From IMG/VR virus record IMGVR_UViG_3300042446_001168: a stretch of 64,000 bases of DNA; one strand, 5' to 3'. This DNA is from a virus. Below, in pieces: positions 39,138-48,177 of this stretch. The notes beneath the pieces are model-generated. The model did no database searches. It was not told where the DNA came from and saw only the letters and a list, made by a program, of their open reading frames with translations. Within the stretch, counting starts at the first letter, position 1; every line of letters starts with the position of its first letter. Made by a program: the position numbers and the translations under genes.

Positions 39138-39602
39138 ATGTTGACAACTCGGATTACTAAAAAATGGACTCCTACTCTCGTAGAGGCATTTGGTCCAGGT
39201 GTTGCTAAAGCAAGACAAGCTGAACTTATGGTTGCAGAAGCTTTTGCTAGTTGGGGGTATGAGGTATTGGACTGCGAGTCTGATATCCAGAGCCAGAAGC
39301 ATGGAATTGATTTAACTATCAAACATCCATCATGGCGCAAAGCATACTCTATAGATGTTAAATCAAATATGAATAAATATGGTACTTTTTTTGTGGAGAC
39401 GTCACCTGAAGGATGGTTGCGCAACCCAAGCAAAATAAGCGATCGTATATGTCATGTCTGTGTTGACACAGGATGGATCGTGTGGTATGGTAGAGATGAT
39501 ATGGTTCAGTGGCTGCGTAAGAATGGTCAATTGAAAACTGGTCTGTTTGAAGTAACCACTCGACATAAAATTAGTTTTCTCAATAAAAGGAAGATTACAT
39601 AA
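39138..39602 (+). CDS. PD-(D/E)xK nuclease-like protein
   Basis: AE..V...F, Q.HGIDL and SIDVKS. Confidence 0.55.
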   Translation: MLTTRITKKWTPTLVEAFGPGVAKARQAELMVAEAFASWGYEVLDCESDIQSQKHGIDLTIKHPSWRKAYSIDVKSNMNKYGTFFVETSPEGWLRNPSKISDRICHVCVDTGWIVWYGRDDMVQWLRKNGQLKTGLFEVTTRHKISFLNKRKIT

Positions 39603-40006
39603 TGATTAAGACCTCTGTTTGGATAACTTTTCAAAAAGAGGGTGTTCACAGGTATCCAGCAGCTGCTACTGATCCTAGACTAGCGGCTGTTTCTTTTTTA
39701 GCCAATGAGCACCGTCATATATTCCACTTCAGAGTGGATCTGCAAGTATTTCATGATGATCGAGAGATTGAATTTATTTTACTAAAGCGAGAGCTTGAAG
39801 GACTATATACTCAAGGCACTCTTCAACTCAATAATATGTCATGTGAGATGATTGCCAAGGAATTACTAGTATACATCAAACAATACCATCCACATCGAGA
39901 CTGCACTATTGAAGTGAGTGAGGACAATGAGAATGGCTGCCGTCTAGTGTTTGATCACAACGATACAATCCCATTGACCTCCAACGTACTTACTGACTGG
40001 AAATAG
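39602..40006 (+). CDS. QueD-paralogous T-fold protein, DpdL-like (putative CDG decarboxylase)
   Basis: LANEHRHIF fits the LxxxHRHxF signature; REIEFI, SCEMIA and VSEDNENG. Confidence 0.7.
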   Translation: MIKTSVWITFQKEGVHRYPAAATDPRLAAVSFLANEHRHIFHFRVDLQVFHDDREIEFILLKRELEGLYTQGTLQLNNMSCEMIAKELLVYIKQYHPHRDCTIEVSEDNENGCRLVFDHNDTIPLTSNVLTDWK

Positions 40007-40009
40007 ATT

Positions 40010-40867
40010 ATGGCTGAGTTCTGTCACATTGCCCCTATTCCTCATCTTGACCTAGTTAAGGGAGCCAGCACTCATTTGGTGCTTGCTCATTTAATTGAGC
40101 AGAGTGAGGAGTATTGTGAGTTTTACAAGAGTGAGAAGGTAGCAGGTAGTACTATCATTCTTGATAACTCCGCCTTTGAGATGTATAAGCAGCACAAGCC
40201 AATGTATGAGGTTGGTAAGTTGATTACAATGGCTGAGAAGGTGGGAGCTGATTATGTTGTTATGTCCGATTACCCTAATACCTACTCTTCAACAACAATC
40301 CGAGCTGCAGAGGAATTGGCGCCTCAATTGAGAAAGAAGGGATTTGGTACTTTCTTTTGTCCACAGTCTCAGATTGGAGACAAGGAAGATTTGATTGATT
40401 CATTCAGATGGGCAGCAGAATCTGAATTAGTAGATTACATTGGGGTATCAATTCTTGCTATCCCTAACGCATATGGTGTTGAGCGGGGTAATAAACTCCA
40501 ACGTTTTGTAAGTCGTTATATGTTCATGCAAGAGCTATACGATGACGGTATTCTGGACTTGATTAAAAGTAATGGTAAGAAGATTCACTTCTTGGGTATG
40601 TTGGATGGTCCAGGAGAAATTCGTCTAATGAACCCATACAAAGAATACATTGACACGTGGGATAGTAGTGCTGCTATCTGGTTAGGGCTGCATGCTAATT
40701 GTCACTTTGATAGTTCTCCAACTGGACTACTTAATGGTAAGTACGAAGTCGAAGTTGATTTTAATTACAGTAACCCACAAAACAAGTTGACAGCTGTTAT
40801 TAACAAGAGTATAATCAACAACTACATTCATATGTACCTAACACCTGAGGAGCAATACATTGATTGA
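40010..40867 (+). CDS. TGT-fold transglycosylase, DpdA-like (deazaguanine insertion)
   Basis: IILDNSAFE (compare DSGGFQ), VVMSDY, IHFLG and TWDSS TGT-type motifs; adjacent to the DpdL-like gene. Confidence 0.7.
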   Translation: MAEFCHIAPIPHLDLVKGASTHLVLAHLIEQSEEYCEFYKSEKVAGSTIILDNSAFEMYKQHKPMYEVGKLITMAEKVGADYVVMSDYPNTYSSTTIRAAEELAPQLRKKGFGTFFCPQSQIGDKEDLIDSFRWAAESELVDYIGVSILAIPNAYGVERGNKLQRFVSRYMFMQELYDDGILDLIKSNGKKIHFLGMLDGPGEIRLMNPYKEYIDTWDSSAAIWLGLHANCHFDSSPTGLLNGKYEVEVDFNYSNPQNKLTAVINKSIINNYIHMYLTPEEQYID

Positions 40868-41303
40868 TTACAATTACAGAGAGAATATCTACCTGGAAGA
40901 TATTAAGAAGTATATTGACGGTACCTACGGAGAGCACTATGTTGCAGATGATATTCAGGTAGTAGACATCTGGCAATCATTGGGATCGCTAGAGAGTACT
41001 GCAAGAGATACCGCAATCAAGTATTTGTGCCGGTATGGTAAGAAAGATGGGAAGAACAAGAAAGATCTGTTGAAGGCAATTCATTACATTATCCTGATGC
41101 TGTATGCAAGCTCAGAAGATAAGAGTGAGATTAGAGATGAGGATATTACTATTAGCTTATCTTCCTCCAGGTTTGCGGGTCCAGGAGAGCCAGGAGAGCT
41201 TTATGATCATTACATATCTGATTTGAATGGAACAATTGTCTCTGCAGATCTTACCGACTCTTATGAAAGGACAGACAAATATGATTCACGTGTTGGGCAG
41301 TAA
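40860..41303 (+). CDS. DUF3310 / T7 gp1.7-like protein (possible nucleotide kinase)
   Basis: TYGEHY...IQVVD and IKYLCRYGKKDG...DLLKAIHY. Confidence 0.7.
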   Translation: MIDYNYRENIYLEDIKKYIDGTYGEHYVADDIQVVDIWQSLGSLESTARDTAIKYLCRYGKKDGKNKKDLLKAIHYIILMLYASSEDKSEIRDEDITISLSSSRFAGPGEPGELYDHYISDLNGTIVSADLTDSYERTDKYDSRVGQ

Positions 41304-41787
41304 AAGTAACTCCACTCTTACTTGCGTACAGGGAGGTGATTCACAACCCAATGCAGTTGACCTTCGCTTGGAAAAAGTGTTCATGATATCACGCGAACCG
41401 TTTGTTATTGATAACGAGCAGAAGAAGCATCGTGGTACTGTGGAGTGGATGCCAGACGAAGATGGGTGGTTCACTCTACCCGAAGGAACGTATGAGGTGG
41501 TGATGGAGAATATTATCCACGTAGGAGCTGATGAGGCTGGTTGGGTAATTACTAGATCAACGCTAAACCGTAACGGGTTGTTTATTACATCTGGCCTATA
41601 CGACTCCGGTTATCATGGAGTTATGGCTGGAGCATTGCATGTAAGTAACGGAGTAGCAAAAATTAAGAAAGGAACACGGGTAGCACAGTTCCTACTTTTC
41701 AAGGCAGAGGCACTCTCTGAATACAATGGATCATATGGTATCAATAGTTCACATGATCAGAAATACACAAAAGGAGTTTTACAATGA
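41281..41787 (+). CDS. Trimeric dUTPase / dCTP deaminase family protein
   Basis: QPNAVDLRL, RSTLNRNG, YDSGYHG, RVAQF and YNGSY. Confidence 0.85.
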   Translation: MIHVLGSKSNSTLTCVQGGDSQPNAVDLRLEKVFMISREPFVIDNEQKKHRGTVEWMPDEDGWFTLPEGTYEVVMENIIHVGADEAGWVITRSTLNRNGLFITSGLYDSGYHGVMAGALHVSNGVAKIKKGTRVAQFLLFKAEALSEYNGSYGINSSHDQKYTKGVLQ

Positions 41788-42650
41788 GTGAAGGTTTTAA
41801 ATTACAAGTGAGTATTGAGGAGTTGCAAAAGCGCAAACTATTCCTTGCTGTTCCAATGTACGGTGGCCAGTGTGCTGGTATGTTTACAAGATCGGTTGCT
41901 GATCTATCTGCTGTGTGTACCAAGCATGGTATTCAGCTTCAGATGTTCTTCTTGTTTAACGAGTCCCTGATTACGCGTGCTCGTAACTACTGTGTGGATG
42001 AGTTTATGCGTTCTGGTGCTACTCATCTAATGTTCATTGATAGTGATATTGGATTCAATCCACAAGACGTTATTGCTCTACTTGCCATGCAAGATGATGC
42101 AAGTGAGTACGATGTTATTGGTGGTCCATATCCTAAGAAGTGTATCTCATGGGAAAAGATCAAGCAAGCAGTTGATAAAGGTATGGCAGATGAGGATCCT
42201 AACAAGCTGGAGAAGTATGTTGGAGACTATGTGTTCAACCCAAAGACTACTCAACGGGAGATCCCTCTCAACCAACCAGTAGAAGTTCTTGAGCTTGGTA
42301 CTGGCTTTATGATGATTCGTCGCAAGACAATTGAGGACTATCACAAAGCATTCCCGCATCAGTGGTACAAGCCAGACCATGTGCGTACAGAACACTTTGA
42401 CGGTACACGAGAGATCATGGCTGTATTTGATTGCATCATTGATCCAGAATCTAAGCGTTATCTGTCAGAAGACTATATGTTCTGCTACAATGTTCAGAAG
42501 ATGGGTGGTAAAGTGTTCCTATGTCCTTGGATGCAACTGCAACACGTTGGTAGTTATGTGTTTGGTGGGTCATTGGCTGACCTGGCGTCTATTGGAGCAT
42601 CTGCTACAGCTGACACTGAAAAATTGAAGCACAAGATTAAAAAGAAGTAA
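41784..42650 (+). CDS. GT-A fold glycosyltransferase-like protein
   Basis: AVPMYGG, ESLITRARN, MFIDSDI (DxD), GTGFMMI and LSEDY.FC. Confidence 0.7.
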   Translation: MSEGFKLQVSIEELQKRKLFLAVPMYGGQCAGMFTRSVADLSAVCTKHGIQLQMFFLFNESLITRARNYCVDEFMRSGATHLMFIDSDIGFNPQDVIALLAMQDDASEYDVIGGPYPKKCISWEKIKQAVDKGMADEDPNKLEKYVGDYVFNPKTTQREIPLNQPVEVLELGTGFMMIRRKTIEDYHKAFPHQWYKPDHVRTEHFDGTREIMAVFDCIIDPESKRYLSEDYMFCYNVQKMGGKVFLCPWMQLQHVGSYVFGGSLADLASIGASATADTEKLKHKIKKK

Positions 42651-42672
42651 TCCTCAACAAGGGAACTACATT

Positions 42673-43350
42673 ATGAAATTCAGTGCAAGGACTGTACAGA
42701 TCCTTAAAAACTTCAACCAGATTAATCCTACGTTGTTGTTTTCTCCCGGCAATGTTTTAACAACAATGTCACCCATGAGAACGGTGATGGCTAAAGCAAC
42801 AATTGCTGAGACTATTCCTCAGCAATTTGCCATCTTTGACCTATCACGGTTTCTTGGGGTGATGTCGTTGTTTGAAGATCCGGAATTAGAATTTGATTCT
42901 AACTGTATTATAATTAAGAGTGGTAAGCAGGCATTAAGTTATCTTTACGCAAATCCAGATCATATCAAAGCTCCCCCTGATAAGGAGATTGAGATTCCAG
43001 CTGATTCCGTAGAGCAGATCTTAACAGCTGCTAACATTCAGGCTGTGATGAAAGCTGTTGCTGTTCTTCAGTTACCAGATATTGCATTCACTGGTAAGAA
43101 CGGGTTGATGTATGTAGAAGCACTAGATACCAACCCTAAGACGAAGAGCACTGGGTCACCTAGTGATACGTTTGCTATTGATATCGGTGAGACGTCTAAA
43201 CAGTTCAAGATGGTTGTTAAGCCGGATAACATTAAGCTGCTGAATGGGGATTATACATTAAAAATATCTTCAAAACGTGTTCTCTATCTCAAGGGACCTG
43301 ATGTACAATACTGGATTGCCTGTGAAGAAAATTCTGTGTACGTTGGATAA
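42673..43350 (+). CDS. gp45: Sliding clamp gp45
   Basis: ILKNFNQIN, FAIFDLSRFL and YWIACE. Confidence 0.93.
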   Translation: MKFSARTVQILKNFNQINPTLLFSPGNVLTTMSPMRTVMAKATIAETIPQQFAIFDLSRFLGVMSLFEDPELEFDSNCIIIKSGKQALSYLYANPDHIKAPPDKEIEIPADSVEQILTAANIQAVMKAVAVLQLPDIAFTGKNGLMYVEALDTNPKTKSTGSPSDTFAIDIGETSKQFKMVVKPDNIKLLNGDYTLKISSKRVLYLKGPDVQYWIACEENSVYVG

Positions 43351-43371
43351 CATGACCTGGAGTATTATATT

Positions 43372-44310
43372 ATGGCAGTTGATTTCTTATGGGTTGAAAA
43401 ATACAGACCCAAAACTATAGCGGACACTATCCTACCGCCATCTCTCAAGCAAACATTTCAGCAGTTTGTAACCCAAGGTAACATTCCTAATCTACTTCTA
43501 ACTGGCCGGGCTGGTGTTGGTAAAACAACAGTAGCTCGAGCCATGCTAGAAGAAGTTGGTAGTGATTACCTGATTATTAACGGCTCGATGAATGGTAACA
43601 TTGATACCTTGAGGAACGATATTAGACAGTTTGCATCGTCTATATCATTCACTGGCGGTAGGAAGTACGTTATCCTCGACGAGGCCGATTACCTCAACCC
43701 TAATAGTACGCAGCCAGCGTTGCGTAACTTTATGGAAGAGTTCTCAAAGAATTGTGGATTTATTCTCACTTGCAATTATAAAAACAGAATTATTGAACCA
43801 TTGCACTCTAGGTGTTCGGTAGTTGAGTTTAAGATTGAGAGTGAGGATAAGCCCAAGATTGCATCCCAGTTTATCAAACGGGTGTCGACCATACTAGAGA
43901 CTGAGGGTATAGAGTATGATAAGGCGGCTGTTATTGAGGTTATTAAGAAGTTCTTTCCTGATTGGAGGAGAGTTCTCAATGAGCTGCAGAGGTACTCGGC
44001 TACCGGAAGGATTGATACTGGTATCCTTGTTAACTTTACTGATGAAAAGCTGAAGAAGCTCATTGAGCTAATTAAGCAAAAGAACTTTACAGAGATACGT
44101 AAGTGGGTTGGTGAAAACACAGATCTTGATACTACTACCTTCTTTCGTAAGATATACGATACAGCATCTGAGTTCTTGAAGCCAAGTTCGATACCTCAGC
44201 TAGTTCTCATTCTAGCAAACTACCAATACAAGTCGGCCTTTGTTGCCGATCAGGAAATAAATATACTGGCTTGTCTAACAGAAATAATGGTCGAAGGAGA
44301 ATTTAAATGA
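43372..44310 (+). CDS. gp44: Clamp loader large subunit gp44
   Basis: LWVEKYRP, GRAGVGKT, DEADYL and LHSRC. Confidence 0.96.
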   Translation: MAVDFLWVEKYRPKTIADTILPPSLKQTFQQFVTQGNIPNLLLTGRAGVGKTTVARAMLEEVGSDYLIINGSMNGNIDTLRNDIRQFASSISFTGGRKYVILDEADYLNPNSTQPALRNFMEEFSKNCGFILTCNYKNRIIEPLHSRCSVVEFKIESEDKPKIASQFIKRVSTILETEGIEYDKAAVIEVIKKFFPDWRRVLNELQRYSATGRIDTGILVNFTDEKLKKLIELIKQKNFTEIRKWVGENTDLDTTTFFRKIYDTASEFLKPSSIPQLVLILANYQYKSAFVADQEINILACLTEIMVEGEFK

Positions 44311-44489
44311 TATTGCTGAGCGAATATGAACAAGGACCTATCAACTCGCGAGTCTTTAGGTTACAGGATAACAGATATCAGGTGTTAGTGTTCAATGCAT
44401 CAACAGGTAAAGAAGTAGCTGAATTCTTCAACAATTATGAGGTAGCCTGTAGTCATGCTGAAAACTCTGTTGAACAGCTGAACGGATGA
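44307..44489 (+). CDS. Hypothetical protein
   Basis: Coupled ORF. Confidence 0.5.
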   Translation: MILLSEYEQGPINSRVFRLQDNRYQVLVFNASTGKEVAEFFNNYEVACSHAENSVEQLNG

Positions 44490-44710
44490 AAACCTTTATA
44501 CACGTCAACCAGGCCTACATTCGAAGGAATATCAAAGCAGCAACTGATGACAAGGTACCGGTACTCACTGTTAAGACCTATAACACAAACAGGTATGCTA
44601 ACTCCGTGACTATACACGGCCCAAGTAAAGTAGTATATTCTCCTGATAAGCCTCTTAGCTGTGGTGCTAGGGTTTGGATAGAGACCGAGAGTGAGGTAGA
44701 GGTTGAATGA
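44486..44710 (+). CDS. Conserved phage hypothetical protein
   Basis: IHVNQ..IR.N and PLSCGARVWIET motifs. Confidence 0.65.
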   Translation: MKTFIHVNQAYIRRNIKAATDDKVPVLTVKTYNTNRYANSVTIHGPSKVVYSPDKPLSCGARVWIETESEVEVE

Positions 44711-44993
44711 TGTATTATCACCAACTATTGAATGGATAAAAAGTGATTATCGCTCTAATCGTATTCGTTTTGTTATCGAGTTGCTGGCTTGGGCTCTTAG
44801 CGTTGGCTGCTCAATCACCATGGCAATCACAGTCCCAAATCCTCCTTTGCTGGCTCTTTATCCTGTGTGGATTAGTGGTTGTGCCATGTATGCTTGGGCT
44901 AGTTATAGTAGGAAATCATTTGGCATGCTTGCTAACTACATCTTGCTGACAACAATAGACACAATAGGACTACTGAGGATGACAATATTATGA
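44703..44993 (+). CDS. Small membrane protein
   Basis: Three hydrophobic segments. Confidence 0.6.
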   Translation: MNDVLSPTIEWIKSDYRSNRIRFVIELLAWALSVGCSITMAITVPNPPLLALYPVWISGCAMYAWASYSRKSFGMLANYILLTTIDTIGLLRMTIL

Positions 44994-45265
44994 AGCAAAT
45001 TAAAATATCTGGATTGTTGTATGATGTAGTGTACAAGAGTAATGAGGAGATGGAAGGCCGGATTGGACTGGCTGATTTCAACAGACAGTTGATAAGTGTA
45101 AATGAGTCGCATACTTCACAGACTCAGCAAATAGCTTTGATGCATGAAATTTTGCATCTACTTGATATGTCATACAACCTGAAGCTAACAGAAGAACAAG
45201 TTGTATACACTACCCACTCTTTGATTGCTCTCTTTGCAGACAATCCAGAGCTGACTTTTATTTGA
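44990..45265 (+). CDS. Small HExxH metallopeptidase-like protein
   Basis: LMHEILH motif. Confidence 0.6.
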   Translation: MKQIKISGLLYDVVYKSNEEMEGRIGLADFNRQLISVNESHTSQTQQIALMHEILHLLDMSYNLKLTEEQVVYTTHSLIALFADNPELTFI

Positions 45266-45282
45266 TATGATGGAGATATATT

Positions 45283-45486
45283 ATGAGTGTTGAACAAGCC
45301 GCTATCTTTCTTGCCGGTAGTATCCTAGTCATGCTGGGACTGACGACCATTGTTGTGTTTGTAGTAATCATCAATAATATACTTTATAAGCACTGGAATC
45401 CTATTAAGATCATGAAGTATTTGGGTGGCCCTGACTATTCGTCGGATCCTCTCAAAACAGAAGTAAAGACCAAGCCTACCAAGTAA
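45283..45486 (+). CDS. Small membrane protein
   Basis: Single TM helix; GGAG RBS. Confidence 0.55.
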   Translation: MSVEQAAIFLAGSILVMLGLTTIVVFVVIINNILYKHWNPIKIMKYLGGPDYSSDPLKTEVKTKPTK

Positions 45487-45500
45487 CCTTAAACTATATT

Positions 45501-45878
45501 ATGAGTCTTTTTGATTTTGTCAATGCTATATCAGTAAATAAGAAGGATTTGATGGCTGAGGATAAAGTGGAGACCCTTTACCAGCCTTTCCTAGTTAATA
45601 AAGCACTATCATACTTTCCTGACACCATTCTCTATGCCAACGAGATGAATGCCAGCCCCCATGTGGATAATAAACTACAATTTCATTTTTTTCTAAATAG
45701 TATAAGACCTGCGAAGCGATTTTCGAAGTGGGTGAAGAAGCAAGAAGATAATGATCTTATAGCAGTAATGGAATATTATGGGTATAATCCAGAAAAGGCA
45801 TTAAGCGCACTATCTATCCTTTCTTCTGATCAATTGATCACTATAAAACAAAAATTAGAAAAAGGTGGACAAGTATGA
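45501..45878 (+). CDS. gp62: Clamp loader small subunit gp62
   Basis: YQPFLVNKALSYFPDT..YANEMN and KRFSKW. Confidence 0.93.
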   Translation: MSLFDFVNAISVNKKDLMAEDKVETLYQPFLVNKALSYFPDTILYANEMNASPHVDNKLQFHFFLNSIRPAKRFSKWVKKQEDNDLIAVMEYYGYNPEKALSALSILSSDQLITIKQKLEKGGQV

Positions 45879-46279
45879 ACATTATTGACAGCCTGGTCGA
45901 GGTTGCGCTGACAACCGAAGAGGATTTCTTAAAAATTAAAGAGACGCTCACACGTATTGGTGTTGCATCTCGTAAAGATAGAACCCTATATCAATCCTGC
46001 CACATCCTACACAAACAAGGTAGATATTATATTGTACATTTCAAAGAGCTTTTTTCTTTGGATGGCAAACCATCTAACTTCTCTGAAGACGATAAGGCAA
46101 GACGCAATACTATCATCAATCTACTTGCTGAGTGGGGCCTGATCATATTGATTAATCCACAGAAATCAAGTACTCCTGTAGCACCATTCTCCCAAGTTAA
46201 AGTAATAACTCACAAAGAGAAACATGATTGGGAGTTGGTTGCAAAATACAACATAGGAGCAAAACGTAAGCCTGACTAA
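45875..46279 (+). CDS. regA: Translational repressor RegA
   Basis: DFLKIKETLTRIGVAS and LYQSCHILHKQGRYYIVHFKELF. Confidence 0.97.
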   Translation: MNIIDSLVEVALTTEEDFLKIKETLTRIGVASRKDRTLYQSCHILHKQGRYYIVHFKELFSLDGKPSNFSEDDKARRNTIINLLAEWGLIILINPQKSSTPVAPFSQVKVITHKEKHDWELVAKYNIGAKRKPD

Positions 46280-46280
46280 T

Positions 46281-46787
46281 ATGATGACATCTAAATTATG
46301 GGACTACCGGTTTCTTCAACTAGCTGAAACCGTATCTAGTTGGTCAAAAGATCCTTCACGTAAGGTAGGTAGTGTGGTTGTTGATAACAAGCGAAGAGTT
46401 GTTAGTCTTGGGTATAACGGTTTTCCACGTGGTGTAGAAGATTCCGCAGAACGGTACGCTGATCGTGAGCTCAAGCTCAAGCTCGTGTGCCACGCCGAAA
46501 GAAACGCACTAGACAATAGTTCAGCCAGCGTAGAAGGGGCGACCCTTTACACTACGCTGTTCCCATGCAACGAGTGTGTTAAATCGATTATACAGCGTGG
46601 AATTAGTAAAGTAGTAACAATAGTTCCGGAGCCAGGAAAAAATCAGTTGTTTTATTTACCAATCTCGTATATGATGTTAAAAGAGTCTGGTGTGGAGTTG
46701 CATCAGTATGATTATGGATTATTTGAAAGGTGGAAAAATGGTACCGAAGGATTTGATCCGCTCGACTCTCAAGTCGAACATCTGTAA
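46281..46787 (+). CDS. cd: dCMP deaminase
   Basis: SKDPSRKVG, GYNGFP, HAERNA and PCNEC. Confidence 0.92.
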   Translation: MMTSKLWDYRFLQLAETVSSWSKDPSRKVGSVVVDNKRRVVSLGYNGFPRGVEDSAERYADRELKLKLVCHAERNALDNSSASVEGATLYTTLFPCNECVKSIIQRGISKVVTIVPEPGKNQLFYLPISYMMLKESGVELHQYDYGLFERWKNGTEGFDPLDSQVEHL

Positions 46788-47007
46788 GATTAAGTTTACT
46801 AAGACTAATGGTGAGGTCCGTGACATGATTTGTACGCTCAAGGATGATGTGGTTGTTCCTCACGAAAAAACTACTGACCGAGTTAAGGTTGCTAACGAAG
46901 AGGTGTTGGCTGTCTGGGATTGTGAGAAGAATGCCTGGCGTTCTTTCCGATTTGACAGTATCCTTGAGCATACCTTATATGTGGGAGATATTAATGTTCC
47001 AGCGTAA
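46738..47007 (+). CDS. WYL-like / SH3-fold protein
   Basis: FTKTNGEVRDM.CTL and VWD.EKNAWRSFR. Confidence 0.7.
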   Translation: MVPKDLIRSTLKSNICKIKFTKTNGEVRDMICTLKDDVVVPHEKTTDRVKVANEEVLAVWDCEKNAWRSFRFDSILEHTLYVGDINVPA

Positions 47008-47215
47008 GGCTAATATGAAACCAGCTGCTCTGCAGGACGGCTGTAATGTATCTCTTCGGTCACTTATTGACTTTGTTGGTCAATGTGAGACTGCTCTGAA
47101 GGCCAAGGGGCAGGATGATGAGGCCTTTCGGTTCGAGTGTCTGCAGGAATATCTTCGAAATGACTTTCATCCTCGAGATGGGTTAAAATTCAAAGGTGGA
47201 GCAATCGGTCTTTGA
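46994..47215 (+). CDS. Hypothetical protein
   Basis: GGAG RBS before the ATG at 46994. Confidence 0.55.
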   Translation: MFQRKANMKPAALQDGCNVSLRSLIDFVGQCETALKAKGQDDEAFRFECLQEYLRNDFHPRDGLKFKGGAIGL

Positions 47216-47280
47216 TAAATAAAAGAAACGGATTATAAGGATACTGAATGACTCATTACAAGAGACAGTAGGTAGGGAGA

Positions 47281-47314
47281 AGACACATGGGTCGAGAGGC
47301 TATGTGTCTTTTTT
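47281..47314 (+). terminator. Rho-independent terminator immediately upstream of phoH
   Basis: AGACACAT...ATGTGTCT followed by TTTTT. Confidence 0.7.
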
Positions 47315-47343
47315 GTTTTTAACAACAATAATAAAGGCGCCTC

Positions 47344-48087
47344 ATGAAAAAACCAGTAAGACTTTCTCAAGCCTCCGTTCATCCTTTTCCGGATCAATCA
47401 AAACGAAAACTCAAACTAAGAATAGATGATCTACAAGTTTTTGATGCACTAACACCAAACCAATCCGTATTTTACAATCTATACAAAGAAAAAGCCCAAG
47501 CAATAATGCTGCACGGAGCAGCAGGTACCGGAAAAACATTCATAGCTCTATACAAAGCCCTTGAGGAGGTGATGGATAAGAGTAACTCATATGAAAAGGT
47601 AGTTATAGTTAGGTCAGTAGTCCCCTCAAGGGAAATTGGCCATCTACCCGGAGACGAGAAAGAAAAGACAGATGTGTATCTTGCCCCATATAAAGCAGTA
47701 TGCAAGGATCTCTTTAACACCGAACAAGCATATGAGCGGCTTGTTGAACAAAAGAACATTGAGTTCCTAATCACATCCTTTGTCAGAGGAATTACAATTG
47801 ACAACGCCGTTATTATTGTAGATGAATGTCAAAACATGAATTTTCAAGAACTGAGTTCTATTATTACTCGAGTTGGAGAGGGTTCAAGAATTGTATTCTG
47901 CGGAGACTTTAAACAGACTGATCTTAACAAGAGACATGATCAATCAGGACTCAGAGAGTTTGTGGAAGTAATTAACAGAATGCCATCATTCCGGAATGTT
48001 GAGTTTGGAATAGATGACATTGTAAGAAGTAGTCTGGTGAAAGAATTTATTGTTGCAAATTTACACATTCAAACAGTAAAAAGTTGA
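47344..48087 (+). CDS. phoH: PhoH-family ATPase
   Basis: GAAGTGKT, IGHLPG, VRGIT, DECQN and CGDFKQ.DL. Confidence 0.93.
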   Translation: MKKPVRLSQASVHPFPDQSKRKLKLRIDDLQVFDALTPNQSVFYNLYKEKAQAIMLHGAAGTGKTFIALYKALEEVMDKSNSYEKVVIVRSVVPSREIGHLPGDEKEKTDVYLAPYKAVCKDLFNTEQAYERLVEQKNIEFLITSFVRGITIDNAVIIVDECQNMNFQELSSIITRVGEGSRIVFCGDFKQTDLNKRHDQSGLREFVEVINRMPSFRNVEFGIDDIVRSSLVKEFIVANLHIQTVKS

Positions 48088-48114
48088 CTTTCATCTGAGT
48101 AAGATGTATAAATA
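48084..48114 (+). promoter_or_regulatory. Composite promoter for hsp20: sigma70 -35 with TATAAATA serving as -10 and as late box
   Basis: TTGACT-N17-TATAAATA. Confidence 0.7.
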
Positions 48115-48150
48115 GAGATGCGTTGCCTTTGGGGACGCATTTCTATAATA

Positions 48151-48177
48151 ACCTTGCTTAATAGGAGGTCTTAAATG
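48151..48177 (+). promoter_or_regulatory. ROSE-like RNA thermometer hairpin sequestering the hsp20 SD
   Basis: ACCTT-G-CT-TAAT-AG-GAGGT: UUGCU pairs with the SD leaving a bulged G. Confidence 0.6.
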
